Assembly (NCBI GenBank): GCA_030693145.1
Contig: JAUYBI010000049.1
Location: 7,305 to 71,304 of the forward strand
Length of the DNA: 64,000 nt
Direction: 5' to 3'
DNA from: Candidatus Omnitrophota bacterium
GTDB lineage: Bacteria > Omnitrophota > Gorgyraeia > Gygaellales > Profunditerraquicolaceae
Shown piece after piece: positions 9,801 through 19,206 of the stretch. The notes beneath the pieces are model-generated. The model was not told the DNA's origin. It ran no database searches and was given only the letters and a program-made list of their open reading frames with translations. Numbering within the stretch: the first letter of the stretch is position 1; every line of letters starts with the position of its first letter. Both the position numbers and the translations under genes were made by a program.

Positions 9801-11137
9801 AAGATTGGCTGGGCACAGACTTAAAATATGTTTGGCATCCTTATACTCAAGCCAAGGAAGCGTTGCGCCTGAGGCCGGTTTTAATTGAAAGAGCCAAGGG
9901 AATCAAACTCTATGACGTAAAAGGCAATTTCTATTACGATACTATTTCCAGCTGGTGGTGTAATGTCCACGGGCATAATCATCCGCGGATAAAAGCCGCG
10001 ATTAAGCAACAGGTCAATCTTCTGGAGCATGTGTTGTTTGCCGGTTTTACCCACAAACCGGCGATTGAACTGTCCAGCAAGCTGATTGCCCTGACGAAAA
10101 ATAAGTTTAACCGGGTGTTTTTTTCGGATAACGGCTCAACCAGCGTTGAGGTGGCCTTAAAGATGTCATTTCAATATTGGCAGAATATTGGCCGGAAAAG
10201 GAAGACAAAGTTTGTTTCCCTTGATCATGGTTATCACGGAGATACAATCGGCACGATGAGCGTAAGCGGTTTAGATCTTTTTAACGCGGTATTTTCTCCT
10301 TTATTGTTCGCCGCATATAAAGTACCGTCTCCTTATTGTTACCGTTGCCCGATGAAAAAAAGGAGGTTTACTTGTGTGATTGATTGTATAAAACCGTTGG
10401 AAAGATTACTGCAGGAGAAACACGCAGAGATCTGCGCTTTGATCATTGAGCCTTTGGTGCTGGGGGCTGCCGGGATGATTATTTATCCCAAAGAATATTT
10501 AGAAAAAGCTGCTTGTTTGGCGAAAAAATACAAAATCCATCTTATCTTGGATGAGGTGGCTGTTGGTTTTGGCCGTACAGGAAAGATGTTTGCCTATGAG
10601 CATACGCCCGGCATCAAGGCAGATTTTCTCTGTCTTTCCAAAGGCATAACTTCCGGGTATCTTCCACTGGCGGTAACTTTGACTACGGAGGAGGTATTTC
10701 GGGCGTTTTACGGGGATTATGAAAAAAGGAAGACATTTTTCCATGGGCATACTTATACCGCTAATCCGGTTTCCTGCTCTGCCGGCTTGGCGAGCTTGAG
10801 CATCTTTAAAGAAGAAAAAACATTGCCGAAAGCAAGAAAGTTAATGCCTTTTTTTCATCGGGAACTGGAAAAATTCAGGGATTTAGATTTAGTAGGAGAT
10901 GTGCGCTATATCGGATTTATCGGAGCAATAGAATTGGTTAAGGATAAAAAGACAAAAGAGGGTTTTGGGCTTAAAAGAAGGCTGGGTTTAGAAGTTTACA
11001 AGAGAGGGCTTAAAGAACATCTTGTGCTCAGGCCGTTGGGTGATATAATTTATCTGTTTTTGCCGCTTTGTGCGTCTCAGGCGGAAATTAAGGATATTTT
11101 AAAAAGGACTTATTCCGTAATTAAATCTTTATCTTAA
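9797..11137 (+). CDS. bioA: Adenosylmethionine-8-amino-7-oxononanoate aminotransferase
   Basis: WHPYTQ, SSWW, DEVA.GFGRTG, LSKGIT, HGHTY. Confidence 0.95.
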   Translation: MKDWLGTDLKYVWHPYTQAKEALRLRPVLIERAKGIKLYDVKGNFYYDTISSWWCNVHGHNHPRIKAAIKQQVNLLEHVLFAGFTHKPAIELSSKLIALTKNKFNRVFFSDNGSTSVEVALKMSFQYWQNIGRKRKTKFVSLDHGYHGDTIGTMSVSGLDLFNAVFSPLLFAAYKVPSPYCYRCPMKKRRFTCVIDCIKPLERLLQEKHAEICALIIEPLVLGAAGMIIYPKEYLEKAACLAKKYKIHLILDEVAVGFGRTGKMFAYEHTPGIKADFLCLSKGITSGYLPLAVTLTTEEVFRAFYGDYEKRKTFFHGHTYTANPVSCSAGLASLSIFKEEKTLPKARKLMPFFHRELEKFRDLDLVGDVRYIGFIGAIELVKDKKTKEGFGLKRRLGLEVYKRGLKEHLVLRPLGDIIYLFLPLCASQAEIKDILKRTYSVIKSLS

Positions 11138-11281
11138 AAGGCGCGTGGTAATATTTATTGACAAGCAGCCAGATTATTATATAATTTCTTCGTAGTAAGC
11201 AAGGGGGTAGAAGTCTCCAACCGTAAGGAGAAAGAATAACACGCCTTACGGTTTTTTTGTGGAAAGGAGGAAGCAGAGAAA

Positions 11282-11482
11282 ATGGCAAAGGGTAAAGTAA
11301 AGTGGTTTTCCAATCAAAAGGGTTATGGTTTTATTACTCCTGAGAATGGCGCGGATGTGTTTGTGCATCATACCGCGATTCAGGGTGATGGCTATAAAAC
11401 TCTCGAGGAGGGCCAGGAGGTGGAGTTTGAGATTGAAAAAGGCCCCAAAGGTGAACAAGCTACTAAAGTAGTGAAGTTATAA
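11282..11482 (+). CDS. Cold-shock protein
   Basis: GKVKWF, KGYGFI, DVFVH. Confidence 0.96.
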   Translation: MAKGKVKWFSNQKGYGFITPENGADVFVHHTAIQGDGYKTLEEGQEVEFEIEKGPKGEQATKVVKL

Positions 11483-11495
11483 CCTAATCAGGAAT

Positions 11496-11587
11496 AAATA
11501 AAGGGGACGGTTCTATTTTTTATTGCGGTAGGGGAGGTTTAAACCTCCCCTACAGTTGAAAGAAAAATAGAAGCGTCCCTTTTATTT
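11496..11587. repeat. Composite hairpin (GGGAC(G/C)G(T)TTCTATTTTT family) with a nested GTAG palindrome at 11528-11553
   Basis: 25-bp arms with 2 mismatches (11496-11520 / 11563-11587); inner GTAGGGGAGGTTTAAACCTCCCCTAC. Confidence 0.85.
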
Positions 11588-11596
11588 TCTGCTATA

Positions 11597-12673
11597 ATGA
11601 AAATTATGAAAAAATTTGTAGCGGTAGCCATGAGTGGCGGGGTTGATTCTTCAGTAGCCGCAGCTTTATTAAAAGAGCAGGGTTATGAGGTAATCGGCCT
11701 GACTATGTGTTTCAATCTGGCAGAGAAGAATGGCCGCAAACCCAGTTGTTGCGGTTTAACCGGAATTGAGGATGCGCGCCGGGTTTGTCAAAAGCTGGGG
11801 ATTAGGCATTATGTTTTAAACTTGAATAAAGATTTTTCCCGGGAGGTAATTCAAAATTTTTATCAGGAGTATCTTTGCGGCCGGACCCCCAATCCTTGTG
11901 TTCGATGTAATCAATTTATAAAATTCGGCATTTTACTTAAAAAGGCGATTAATTTAGGAGTGCAATTTCTGGCTACCGGCCATTATGCCCGGATTGTAAA
12001 ATCTCCACAGGGATATCTGCTGAAGAAAGCCAAGGACCTTAAAAAAGATCAATCTTATTTTCTCTATCGTTTAACCCAGGCGCAGCTTAAACATGTAATT
12101 TTTCCTTTAGGCAATTTTACTAAACCTAAAGTAAGGCAGTTGGCTTCTGATTTCGGGCTGAAAGTGGCAGAAAAACAAGACAGCCAGGAGATTTGTTTTT
12201 TACCTGACGGCAAATACGGTGATTTTATTAAAGCCAAAGGGCAAGGCGGTGTTCAGCCGGGAAAGCTTATCGATAGAAATGGAAATATTTTGGGTGCACA
12301 TCAGGGAATAGCATTTTATACCATTGGCCAGCGTCACGGACTGGGGATTACTACGGGATATCCTCTCTATGTAACGCAGATTAATGCCCGGGATAATCGG
12401 GTGAGCGTAGGCAGGCGCCAGGAGGTTTATAAAAGTGAATTTATTATAAAAGAGAGGCATTTTTTGGGTAAACCTCCTAAAAAGAAGATTGAGATTAAGG
12501 TGCGGATACGCTATAATCATAAAGAAATGCCGGCCGTTATTTATCCGGCTAAAGATAAGCTCAAGGTAATTTTTAAGCATCCGCAGTTTGCCATCACTCC
12601 CGGACAATCTGCAGTTTTTTACGATAAAGATACAGTTTTAGGCGGAGGAATAATTCAAAAGGTTATTGCTTAA
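11597..12673 (+). CDS. mnmA: tRNA 2-thiouridylase MnmA
   Basis: AMSGGVDSS, TPNPC, ATGHYA, KDQSYFL, DSQEICF, TPGQSAVFY. Confidence 0.96.
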   Translation: MKIMKKFVAVAMSGGVDSSVAAALLKEQGYEVIGLTMCFNLAEKNGRKPSCCGLTGIEDARRVCQKLGIRHYVLNLNKDFSREVIQNFYQEYLCGRTPNPCVRCNQFIKFGILLKKAINLGVQFLATGHYARIVKSPQGYLLKKAKDLKKDQSYFLYRLTQAQLKHVIFPLGNFTKPKVRQLASDFGLKVAEKQDSQEICFLPDGKYGDFIKAKGQGGVQPGKLIDRNGNILGAHQGIAFYTIGQRHGLGITTGYPLYVTQINARDNRVSVGRRQEVYKSEFIIKERHFLGKPPKKKIEIKVRIRYNHKEMPAVIYPAKDKLKVIFKHPQFAITPGQSAVFYDKDTVLGGGIIQKVIA

Positions 12674-13592
12674 AATGATCAAGGAAGACAAAAGGTTAGT
12701 CAATAAGATCAAAGAATTAAAGAAAAAACGCAACGCCATCATTCTGGCGCATAATTATCAATTACCGGAGGTTCAGGATATCGCGGATTTCCGCGGGGAT
12801 TCCCTGGAGCTTTCCCGGATTGCCGCCAAAACCGAAGCCGAAGTAATTGTTTTCTGCGGAGTTTATTTTATGGCCGAGACCGCTTCTATCCTTTCTCCGG
12901 ATAAATTAGTAATTATGCCGGATGTGTCCGCGGGCTGCCCCATGGCGAATATGATGAATGCTGATGATTTAAGGAAGCTTAAAAGAGAGCATCCCGGCGC
13001 AGTCGCGGTAGGCTATGTCAATACTTCTGCGGCGGTTAAAGCCGAGTTAGATTATTGCTGCACCTCGACGAATGCGGTGGCGGTAGTTAATGCGCTTAAA
13101 AATGAAAAAGAAATAATTTTTGTTCCGGATAAATATTTGGCCGACTATGTTTCCAAAAAGAGCGGCAGGAAACTAATTTCTTGGCATGGATTTTGCCCGA
13201 CGCATGTTAAAATATTGCCTGAGGATTTAAAGCGGGAAAAAAAGTTTCATCCTCAGGCCAAGGTGATGGTGCACCCGGAATGTTTGGCCTCGGTAGTGGC
13301 TTTAGCCGATGCCGTGCTTTCTACCAGTCAGATGGCCAAATATGCCAGCCAAGATCCGGCGAAAGAATTTATTGTGGGCACGGAGTCCGGGTTGATCTAC
13401 CGGCTTAAGCAGGATAATCCAACTAAAGAATTTTATTTAGCCAGCGAACGCGCGGTCTGCCCGAACATGAAACGCACTACGCAGGAAAAAGTACTTTGGG
13501 CTCTAGAGGAGCTTAAGGATGAAGTCAGGGTTCCTGAAGAGATTAGAAAAAAAGCGCGCCTGGCTATTGAGCGCATGCTAAAAATTATTTAA
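12666..13592 (+). CDS. nadA: Quinolinate synthase
   Basis: ILAHNYQ, GDSLEL, FCGV.FMAETA, HPEC, CPNMK. Confidence 0.96.
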   Translation: MLKMIKEDKRLVNKIKELKKKRNAIILAHNYQLPEVQDIADFRGDSLELSRIAAKTEAEVIVFCGVYFMAETASILSPDKLVIMPDVSAGCPMANMMNADDLRKLKREHPGAVAVGYVNTSAAVKAELDYCCTSTNAVAVVNALKNEKEIIFVPDKYLADYVSKKSGRKLISWHGFCPTHVKILPEDLKREKKFHPQAKVMVHPECLASVVALADAVLSTSQMAKYASQDPAKEFIVGTESGLIYRLKQDNPTKEFYLASERAVCPNMKRTTQEKVLWALEELKDEVRVPEEIRKKARLAIERMLKII

Positions 13593-14219
13593 TTGAATAT
13601 TCCGGTTATTTTTGAGGATGATTGGCTGTTGGTGGTAAATAAACCCGCGGGATTGTTAAGCGTTCAGACGCCTAAGCATGAAGCGCGTACCCTGACTAGT
13701 ATCTTAAATCAGGATGCAGAAGGCCGGGGCCTAAAGTATCGCCTGCACCCTTGCCATCGCCTGGACCGGGAAACTTCGGGGCTCCTGATTTATGCTAAAG
13801 GCAAGAGTATCGAGCAAAAATTGATCGGCGCCTTTAGAGACAGGTTGGTGGGTAAAAAATATATCGCTTTTGTGCATGGAAAATTATCCCGGAAGCAAGG
13901 AACGATTAGTTCGGCGGTTGAAGGAAAAAGCGCGCTTACCCGCTACAAGGTCATCCAGGAAAAAAGCAATTATAGCGTTGTAGAGGTTTCTCCGGTTACC
14001 GGCCGGACGAATCAGATACGCATTCATTTTAAGAATATTCAGCACCCTCTGGTGGGAGAGGATAAATTTGTTTTTCGTAAAGATTTTGCTTTACGTTTTA
14101 AGCGCGTCTGCTTAGAAGCCCAAGAGTTAAATTTTAAACATCCAGTCACCGGTAAGGACTTAAACATTAGTATTGATTTAGCGCCGGATCTAGCCAAATT
14201 TTTAAAAGAGCATGAATAA
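13593..14219 (+). CDS. RluA family pseudouridine synthase
   Basis: NKPAG, HRLDRETSG, TGRTNQIR. Confidence 0.92.
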   Translation: MNIPVIFEDDWLLVVNKPAGLLSVQTPKHEARTLTSILNQDAEGRGLKYRLHPCHRLDRETSGLLIYAKGKSIEQKLIGAFRDRLVGKKYIAFVHGKLSRKQGTISSAVEGKSALTRYKVIQEKSNYSVVEVSPVTGRTNQIRIHFKNIQHPLVGEDKFVFRKDFALRFKRVCLEAQELNFKHPVTGKDLNISIDLAPDLAKFLKEHE

Positions 14220-14676
14220 TATTGCTAATTTAATTTTTATCTTCGGGGCAAAATATTTATACCTGCTGGTGATGGTTATTGCTTTTGTTTGGTTTTGGAT
14301 TCAACCTTGGCCCAGGAAGAAAGAAATCCTGATTATTTTTTGCATTTGCCTGCCGCTGGTTTTTGTCATTTCCAAGATCGCCGGTTATCTTTATTATAAT
14401 CCGCGGCCATTTGTCGCAGGGCATTTTAAACCCTTAATTTACCATATTGCGGATAATGGTTTTCCGTCACACCATACGTTGTTAGTTTCGGCAATTGCGG
14501 CGGTGATTTCTCTCTTTAGCCGGCGCATTGGTTTGATATTGTGGATTTTGGCATTAGGCGTGGGTTTTTCCCGGGTCTATGTTGGAGTGCATCATGTAGT
14601 TGATATCATGGGGAGTATACTAATTTCAATTATTTCGGTAACCTTGGTTTATAAATTTTTCAGGAGGATGAAGTGA
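14212..14676 (+). CDS. PAP2 family phosphatase (BcrC-like undecaprenyl-diphosphatase)
   Basis: RPF, FPSHH, SRVYVGVH...D. Confidence 0.88.
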   Translation: MNNIANLIFIFGAKYLYLLVMVIAFVWFWIQPWPRKKEILIIFCICLPLVFVISKIAGYLYYNPRPFVAGHFKPLIYHIADNGFPSHHTLLVSAIAAVISLFSRRIGLILWILALGVGFSRVYVGVHHVVDIMGSILISIISVTLVYKFFRRMK

Positions 14677-15572
14677 GCATAATTGTCCTGGGTACTGTGG
14701 CACTGGATAGCGTAAAAACTCCTTTTGGCAGGCGTAAAGAGCTGTTGGGAGGTTCGGCGGCGCATTTTTCGATGGCCGCCAGGCTTTTTACCGGTGTCAA
14801 TTTGATTGCGATTGTGGGCAGTGATTTCCCGCGAAAGCATATTTCCTTCTTAAGGAGTAAAGGGCTTAATCTTAGCTCTTTGATTATGGATAAGGGAAAA
14901 ACTTTCAGATGGGAAGGTGAATATCAGGGGGATTTAAATTCCGCGCTTACTTTAAATACCCAGCTGGGCGTGTTATCCGTATTTAAACCGCAGATCTCCG
15001 AAGCGCAGCGCAAGATCGAGAATATATTCTTAGCCAATGTCGATCCGGATATCCAGGAGCATCTTTTAACGAAGATGCATTCTCCAAAATTAGTGGGCCT
15101 AGACAGTATGAACTATTGGATTAATACCAAGCGCAAAGAGTTGATTAAATTACTTAAGCATATAGATATTTATGTGGCCAATGATCAGGAGGCGCGCACA
15201 TTAAGCGGTGAAAGTAATTTGATTAAGGCGGCCAAGGGCTTGTGTTCTTTGGGGCCGAAGATGGTCTTGATAAAAAAAGGCGAGCACGGGGTTATTTTTT
15301 ACAATAAAAAATTTACTTTTTCTCTTCCGGCGTATCCGGTGGAAAAAGTAATTGATCCTACCGGAGCCGGAGATACTTTTGCCGGGGGGTTTATGGGTTA
15401 TTTGACTAAGGCGGCCAAGGTTAATTCTCTGGCCATCAAGAAGGCTTTAGCCTACGGGACAGTTGCCGCTTCTTTTAACGTGGAAGATTTTGGTTTGTAT
15501 AGGACAAGCAAGCTTACCCGGGGAGATTTAGAAAGGCGCTTAACTAAGTTCAAGGATTGTTTTTCTTTTTAA
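14673..15572 (+). CDS. PfkB family sugar/nucleoside kinase
   Basis: DPTGAGDTFAGG. Confidence 0.92.
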   Translation: MSIIVLGTVALDSVKTPFGRRKELLGGSAAHFSMAARLFTGVNLIAIVGSDFPRKHISFLRSKGLNLSSLIMDKGKTFRWEGEYQGDLNSALTLNTQLGVLSVFKPQISEAQRKIENIFLANVDPDIQEHLLTKMHSPKLVGLDSMNYWINTKRKELIKLLKHIDIYVANDQEARTLSGESNLIKAAKGLCSLGPKMVLIKKGEHGVIFYNKKFTFSLPAYPVEKVIDPTGAGDTFAGGFMGYLTKAAKVNSLAIKKALAYGTVAASFNVEDFGLYRTSKLTRGDLERRLTKFKDCFSF

Positions 15573-15604
15573 CTTTATCATCAGAAAAGGGGAGGAGAGC
15601 GATC

Positions 15605-16057
15605 ATGTTGGCAGAAAAGATTTTTAATGATTATAAAGAGGCGATGAAGGCCAGGGATACCCTGAAAAGTTCCGTTTTAAGTTTCTTGCGGGCGGACATG
15701 CTTAATCAGGCAACCACCATGAAAAAAGATAAGTTGCTGGATGCGGAAGTTATTGTCGTTATAAAAAAACAAATCAAGCAGCGGCAGGATTCTATCCAAC
15801 AGTTTACCAGCGGCGGGAGGCTGGAAGCGGCAGAAAAAGAGAAGAAAGAATCAGAGATCCTTAAGGGTTATCTGCCTGCGGAGTTATCCGCCGAGCAAAT
15901 TAAGAGCCTGATGGAAGAAGCGATCATTTCCACCGGGGCCAAGGACATAAAGGATATGGGCCGCTTGATGAAAGAGCTGACGGCTAAGCTTGCCGGGCAG
16001 GCTGATGGCAAGTTAGTAAGTGATCTGGTAAAGCAAAGGTTAAGCAGTCCTTCCTAA
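15605..16057 (+). CDS. GatB/YqeY domain protein
   Basis: AMKA.D, KQRQDSI.QF, YLP..LS, DMG..M. Confidence 0.92.
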   Translation: MLAEKIFNDYKEAMKARDTLKSSVLSFLRADMLNQATTMKKDKLLDAEVIVVIKKQIKQRQDSIQQFTSGGRLEAAEKEKKESEILKGYLPAELSAEQIKSLMEEAIISTGAKDIKDMGRLMKELTAKLAGQADGKLVSDLVKQRLSSPS

Positions 16058-16061
16058 AATA

Positions 16062-16087
16062 GTAGTGCAGGTTTAAACCTGCACTAC
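16062..16087. repeat. GTAG-type 26-bp perfect palindrome
   Basis: GTAGTGCAGGTTTAAACCTGCACTAC. Confidence 0.85.
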
Positions 16088-16107
16088 TACTACAAGAAAG
16101 CTTAAGC

Positions 16108-17301
16108 ATGTTTTCTTCATTGAAAGTAAAATATTTCCGGATATATTGGTTGGGTATGTTTGTATCTTTAGTGGGTACCTGGATACAAACCGTGGCGCAG
16201 AGCTGGCTGGTGTTTCAACTTACTAACTCGGCTTTTCTTTTAGGGGTGGTGGGTTTTTTAGGTTCCATTCCGATATTTATTCTTTCCTTATTCGGAGGAG
16301 TTTTGGCGGATAGGATAAATAAAAGAAATATACTAATTTTCACCCAGGCCGCTTTTATGTTGCTGGCATTTTTATTGGCAGTTTTGACCCAATTTAGATT
16401 TATTACGCCGGCGCAGATTATGTTTATTGCCCTGCTTAATGGGGTGATTATGGCTTTTGATGCCCCGGCCAGGCAGTCGATAGTGGTGGAGCTGGTGGGC
16501 AGAGAACATCTTTTTAATGCGATTGCTTTAAACTCGGTGGCTTTTAATTCTTCGCGGATTATCGGCCCGGCGATTGCCGGCGTGTTAATTTCGGTAATCG
16601 GAATGAGCGGGTGTTTTTATTTAAACGGGATTAGTTTTCTGGCGGTAATTATTGCGCTTTTTTATATTAAGTTTGGCAAAAGCACAGTGCGCAACGGTAA
16701 TTCCGCGTTCAGGGACATTAAAGAAGGGTTGGGTTTTGTTAGTGGTAATCGTCTTATTATAGCCTTAATGAGCGTGGTTGCAGCGATGAGCCTTTTTGGT
16801 GTTTCTTATATCATACTTATGCCGGTTTTTGCCAGCCATGTGCTTGGCGTAGGAGTAAAAGGTTTGGGGGTGCTTATGTCCAGCACCGGAATTGGCGCAT
16901 TGGCGGGAGCGTTAGGCTTAGCCAAGCTGGGCGATTTTAAATTTAAGGGCAGGCTTTTGATTTGGTCGGTATTTTTATTTTCTGTTTCCCTGGTAACCTT
17001 TTCATTATCTAAAAATTACCTCCTGTCTATTTTTACTTTAATTTTTGTAGGTGGTTGCAGCGTTATTCCGATTGCCCTAGTGAATACCTTATTGCAGGTT
17101 AATGTGCCGGATGAATTTCGCGGCAGGGTGATGAGCCTGTTTATGATTACCTTTGCCGGGGTGGTGCCGTTCGGGAATTTAATTTCCGGGACACTGGCGC
17201 AATCCTGGGGGGTATCGGCAGCTCTTTTTTTCTGCGGCCTGGTATGCCTGGTATTATTTACATTGATTATTTTTTTGTTTCCGGGGTTGAAAAGATTATA
17301 A
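16108..17301 (+). CDS. MFS transporter (DUF894/MFS_3-like)
   Basis: ~12 TM, GVLADR motif A, FRGRVMS. Confidence 0.9.
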   Translation: MFSSLKVKYFRIYWLGMFVSLVGTWIQTVAQSWLVFQLTNSAFLLGVVGFLGSIPIFILSLFGGVLADRINKRNILIFTQAAFMLLAFLLAVLTQFRFITPAQIMFIALLNGVIMAFDAPARQSIVVELVGREHLFNAIALNSVAFNSSRIIGPAIAGVLISVIGMSGCFYLNGISFLAVIIALFYIKFGKSTVRNGNSAFRDIKEGLGFVSGNRLIIALMSVVAAMSLFGVSYIILMPVFASHVLGVGVKGLGVLMSSTGIGALAGALGLAKLGDFKFKGRLLIWSVFLFSVSLVTFSLSKNYLLSIFTLIFVGGCSVIPIALVNTLLQVNVPDEFRGRVMSLFMITFAGVVPFGNLISGTLAQSWGVSAALFFCGLVCLVLFTLIIFLFPGLKRL

Positions 17302-17347
17302 GATGCTTGATTTATTTTTAAATTTTGTTAGAATTAACTTTGATAAG

Positions 17348-17367
17348 CCTGCCTGCCGGCAGGCAGG
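17348..17367. repeat. Short palindrome CCTGCCTGCCGGCAGGCAGG
   Basis: Perfect 20-bp palindrome in an intergenic region. Confidence 0.75.
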
Positions 17368-17447
17368 GAGGTGAACAGGTTCCGGCAATTTAAAAACAAC
17401 AAAACGTCATAATAATCAATTTGATAAAGTATAGAGAGGAGAGAGGT

Positions 17448-17891
17448 ATGAAGAGGGTATTGAATTTTGGAATAGCGGTTTTAGTTTTGGCAGCATTATC
17501 TGGTTGTAGTAAAAAGCAGCAGGATGAGGAGTTGCAGCCTATTACCATGGAATCTTTAAGTACGGCAGATGGCCCTATTCAGGCTGCGCCGGAGCTCAAG
17601 GCTCCAGAAACTAAAATTTTAACGACGAGTACAACTGCTCCGGCTAAAGAACTGTTGCCTTTACCGCCCTCAGGCCCGTATAAACCGACAGGTATTGAAA
17701 TCCAGACGGCTTTAAAGAACGCGGGTTTCTATGCTGGTAAAATCGACGGAAATATTGGCCCGAAGAGTAAGAAGTCCATCGAGGACTTCCAGAAGGAAAA
17801 TGGTTTAAAAGTTGATGGCAGGGTCGGCCCAAAAACCTGGGAAGCGATGAGTAAATATTCCAATACGGCAGTTAAGCCGGTTAAACGCTAG
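17448..17891 (+). CDS. Lipoprotein with C-terminal peptidoglycan-binding domain
   Basis: Lipobox LSGC; IQTALK..GFY.GKIDG.IGPKS...FQ...GL.VDG.VGPKTW. Confidence 0.88.
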   Translation: MKRVLNFGIAVLVLAALSGCSKKQQDEELQPITMESLSTADGPIQAAPELKAPETKILTTSTTAPAKELLPLPPSGPYKPTGIEIQTALKNAGFYAGKIDGNIGPKSKKSIEDFQKENGLKVDGRVGPKTWEAMSKYSNTAVKPVKR

Positions 17892-17925
17892 CCTGAAAGT
17901 TCCATCCGGAGAAATAGTTTTGTTT

Positions 17926-17963
17926 AAAGATAATCCCAGCATTTTATGTTGGGATTATCTTTT
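17926..17963 (+). terminator. Intrinsic terminator-like hairpin
   Basis: AAAGATAATCCCAGCA...TGTTGGGATTATCTTTT. Confidence 0.65.
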
Positions 17964-17988
17964 TCCCGGTGCTATAATATAACCCTAT

Positions 17989-19206
17989 ATGCATAAATTT
18001 CCGCAAGCCTTTCTTTGGGGTGCAGCAACTTCGGCGCATCAGGTTGAGGGCCAGAATATTTATAACGACTGGTGGCAAGCTGAGCAGGGCCATTTCTTAA
18101 AAGAAGCTTCCCATTCAGCCTGCAAGCATTATGAACTTTACGCGGAAGATTTCGCCATCGCTAAACAACTTAATCATAACTGTCATCGTTTTTCCATAGA
18201 ATGGAGCCGAGTTGAGCCGTCTGAGGGGAACTTCCAGCCTTTAGAGATCGAGCACTACCGTAAAATTATTGCGGATTTAAAGAGCAAAGGAATAGAGCCG
18301 ATAGTTACCCTGCATCATTTTACCAATCCTATCTGGTTTAGCCAAAAAGGCGGCTGGACTAAATTCAAGCTGCAAAGGTATTTCTTGCGTTTTGTAGATA
18401 AAATAGTCAGGGAGTTTGCGGACCAGGTAAAGTTCTGGATAACCATCAATGAGCCGCTGGTTTATTCTTCACATGCTTATCTCTTAGGTGCTTGGCCTCC
18501 CGGAGAGTGTTCATTATTTAAGACGGCTAAAGTAACCCTGAATTTAGCCCAAGCGCATATTAAAGCTTACCGGATAATACACAAAATTTATCGTCAAAAG
18601 GCCTTAGCCCGTCCGATGGTTAGTATCGCGGCTAATTTACAGGCCTTTGAGATTTGCCAGCCGACATTAAAAAATAAATTGGCCTCCTACCTGCGGAATA
18701 AATTATATAATTTTTATTTTATCGATACACTCCTGCGCGCCAAAACCCTGGATTACATCGGAATTAATTATTACGGCCGGAACCTGGTGGATGCGCGCAG
18801 CTGGCGGATCAGGGATTTATTGCTGCGGACTTGTCAAGATAATCACTATCCGTTGCGTAAAAATTCTTTAGGCTGGGATATCTATCCGGAGGGATTGTTT
18901 AAGTTGCTGATTACCACGAAGAAGTATAATCTGCCAGTTTTGATCACTGAAAATGGTATCTGTACTGAAGATGATGATTTAAGATGGGATTATATTCGTG
19001 AGCATCTGGAGCAGTTGCAGCGGGCTATCGGCCAGGGGGTTAGAGTTTTAGGGTATATTTATTGGTCGCTGATAGATAACTTTGAGTGGGATAAGGGTTT
19101 TGCCCCCCGTTTTGGCCTGGTGCATGTGGATTATCAAAATTATAAACGCACGATTAAAGCCAGCGCGATGAAACTGGCGGAAGTTTCTAAAAGCGGTGAA
19201 ATTTAA
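17989..19206 (+). CDS. Glycoside hydrolase family 1 (beta-glucosidase)
   Basis: FLWGAATSAHQVEG, TINEP, ITENG, WSLIDNFEW. Confidence 0.95.
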   Translation: MHKFPQAFLWGAATSAHQVEGQNIYNDWWQAEQGHFLKEASHSACKHYELYAEDFAIAKQLNHNCHRFSIEWSRVEPSEGNFQPLEIEHYRKIIADLKSKGIEPIVTLHHFTNPIWFSQKGGWTKFKLQRYFLRFVDKIVREFADQVKFWITINEPLVYSSHAYLLGAWPPGECSLFKTAKVTLNLAQAHIKAYRIIHKIYRQKALARPMVSIAANLQAFEICQPTLKNKLASYLRNKLYNFYFIDTLLRAKTLDYIGINYYGRNLVDARSWRIRDLLLRTCQDNHYPLRKNSLGWDIYPEGLFKLLITTKKYNLPVLITENGICTEDDDLRWDYIREHLEQLQRAIGQGVRVLGYIYWSLIDNFEWDKGFAPRFGLVHVDYQNYKRTIKASAMKLAEVSKSGEI

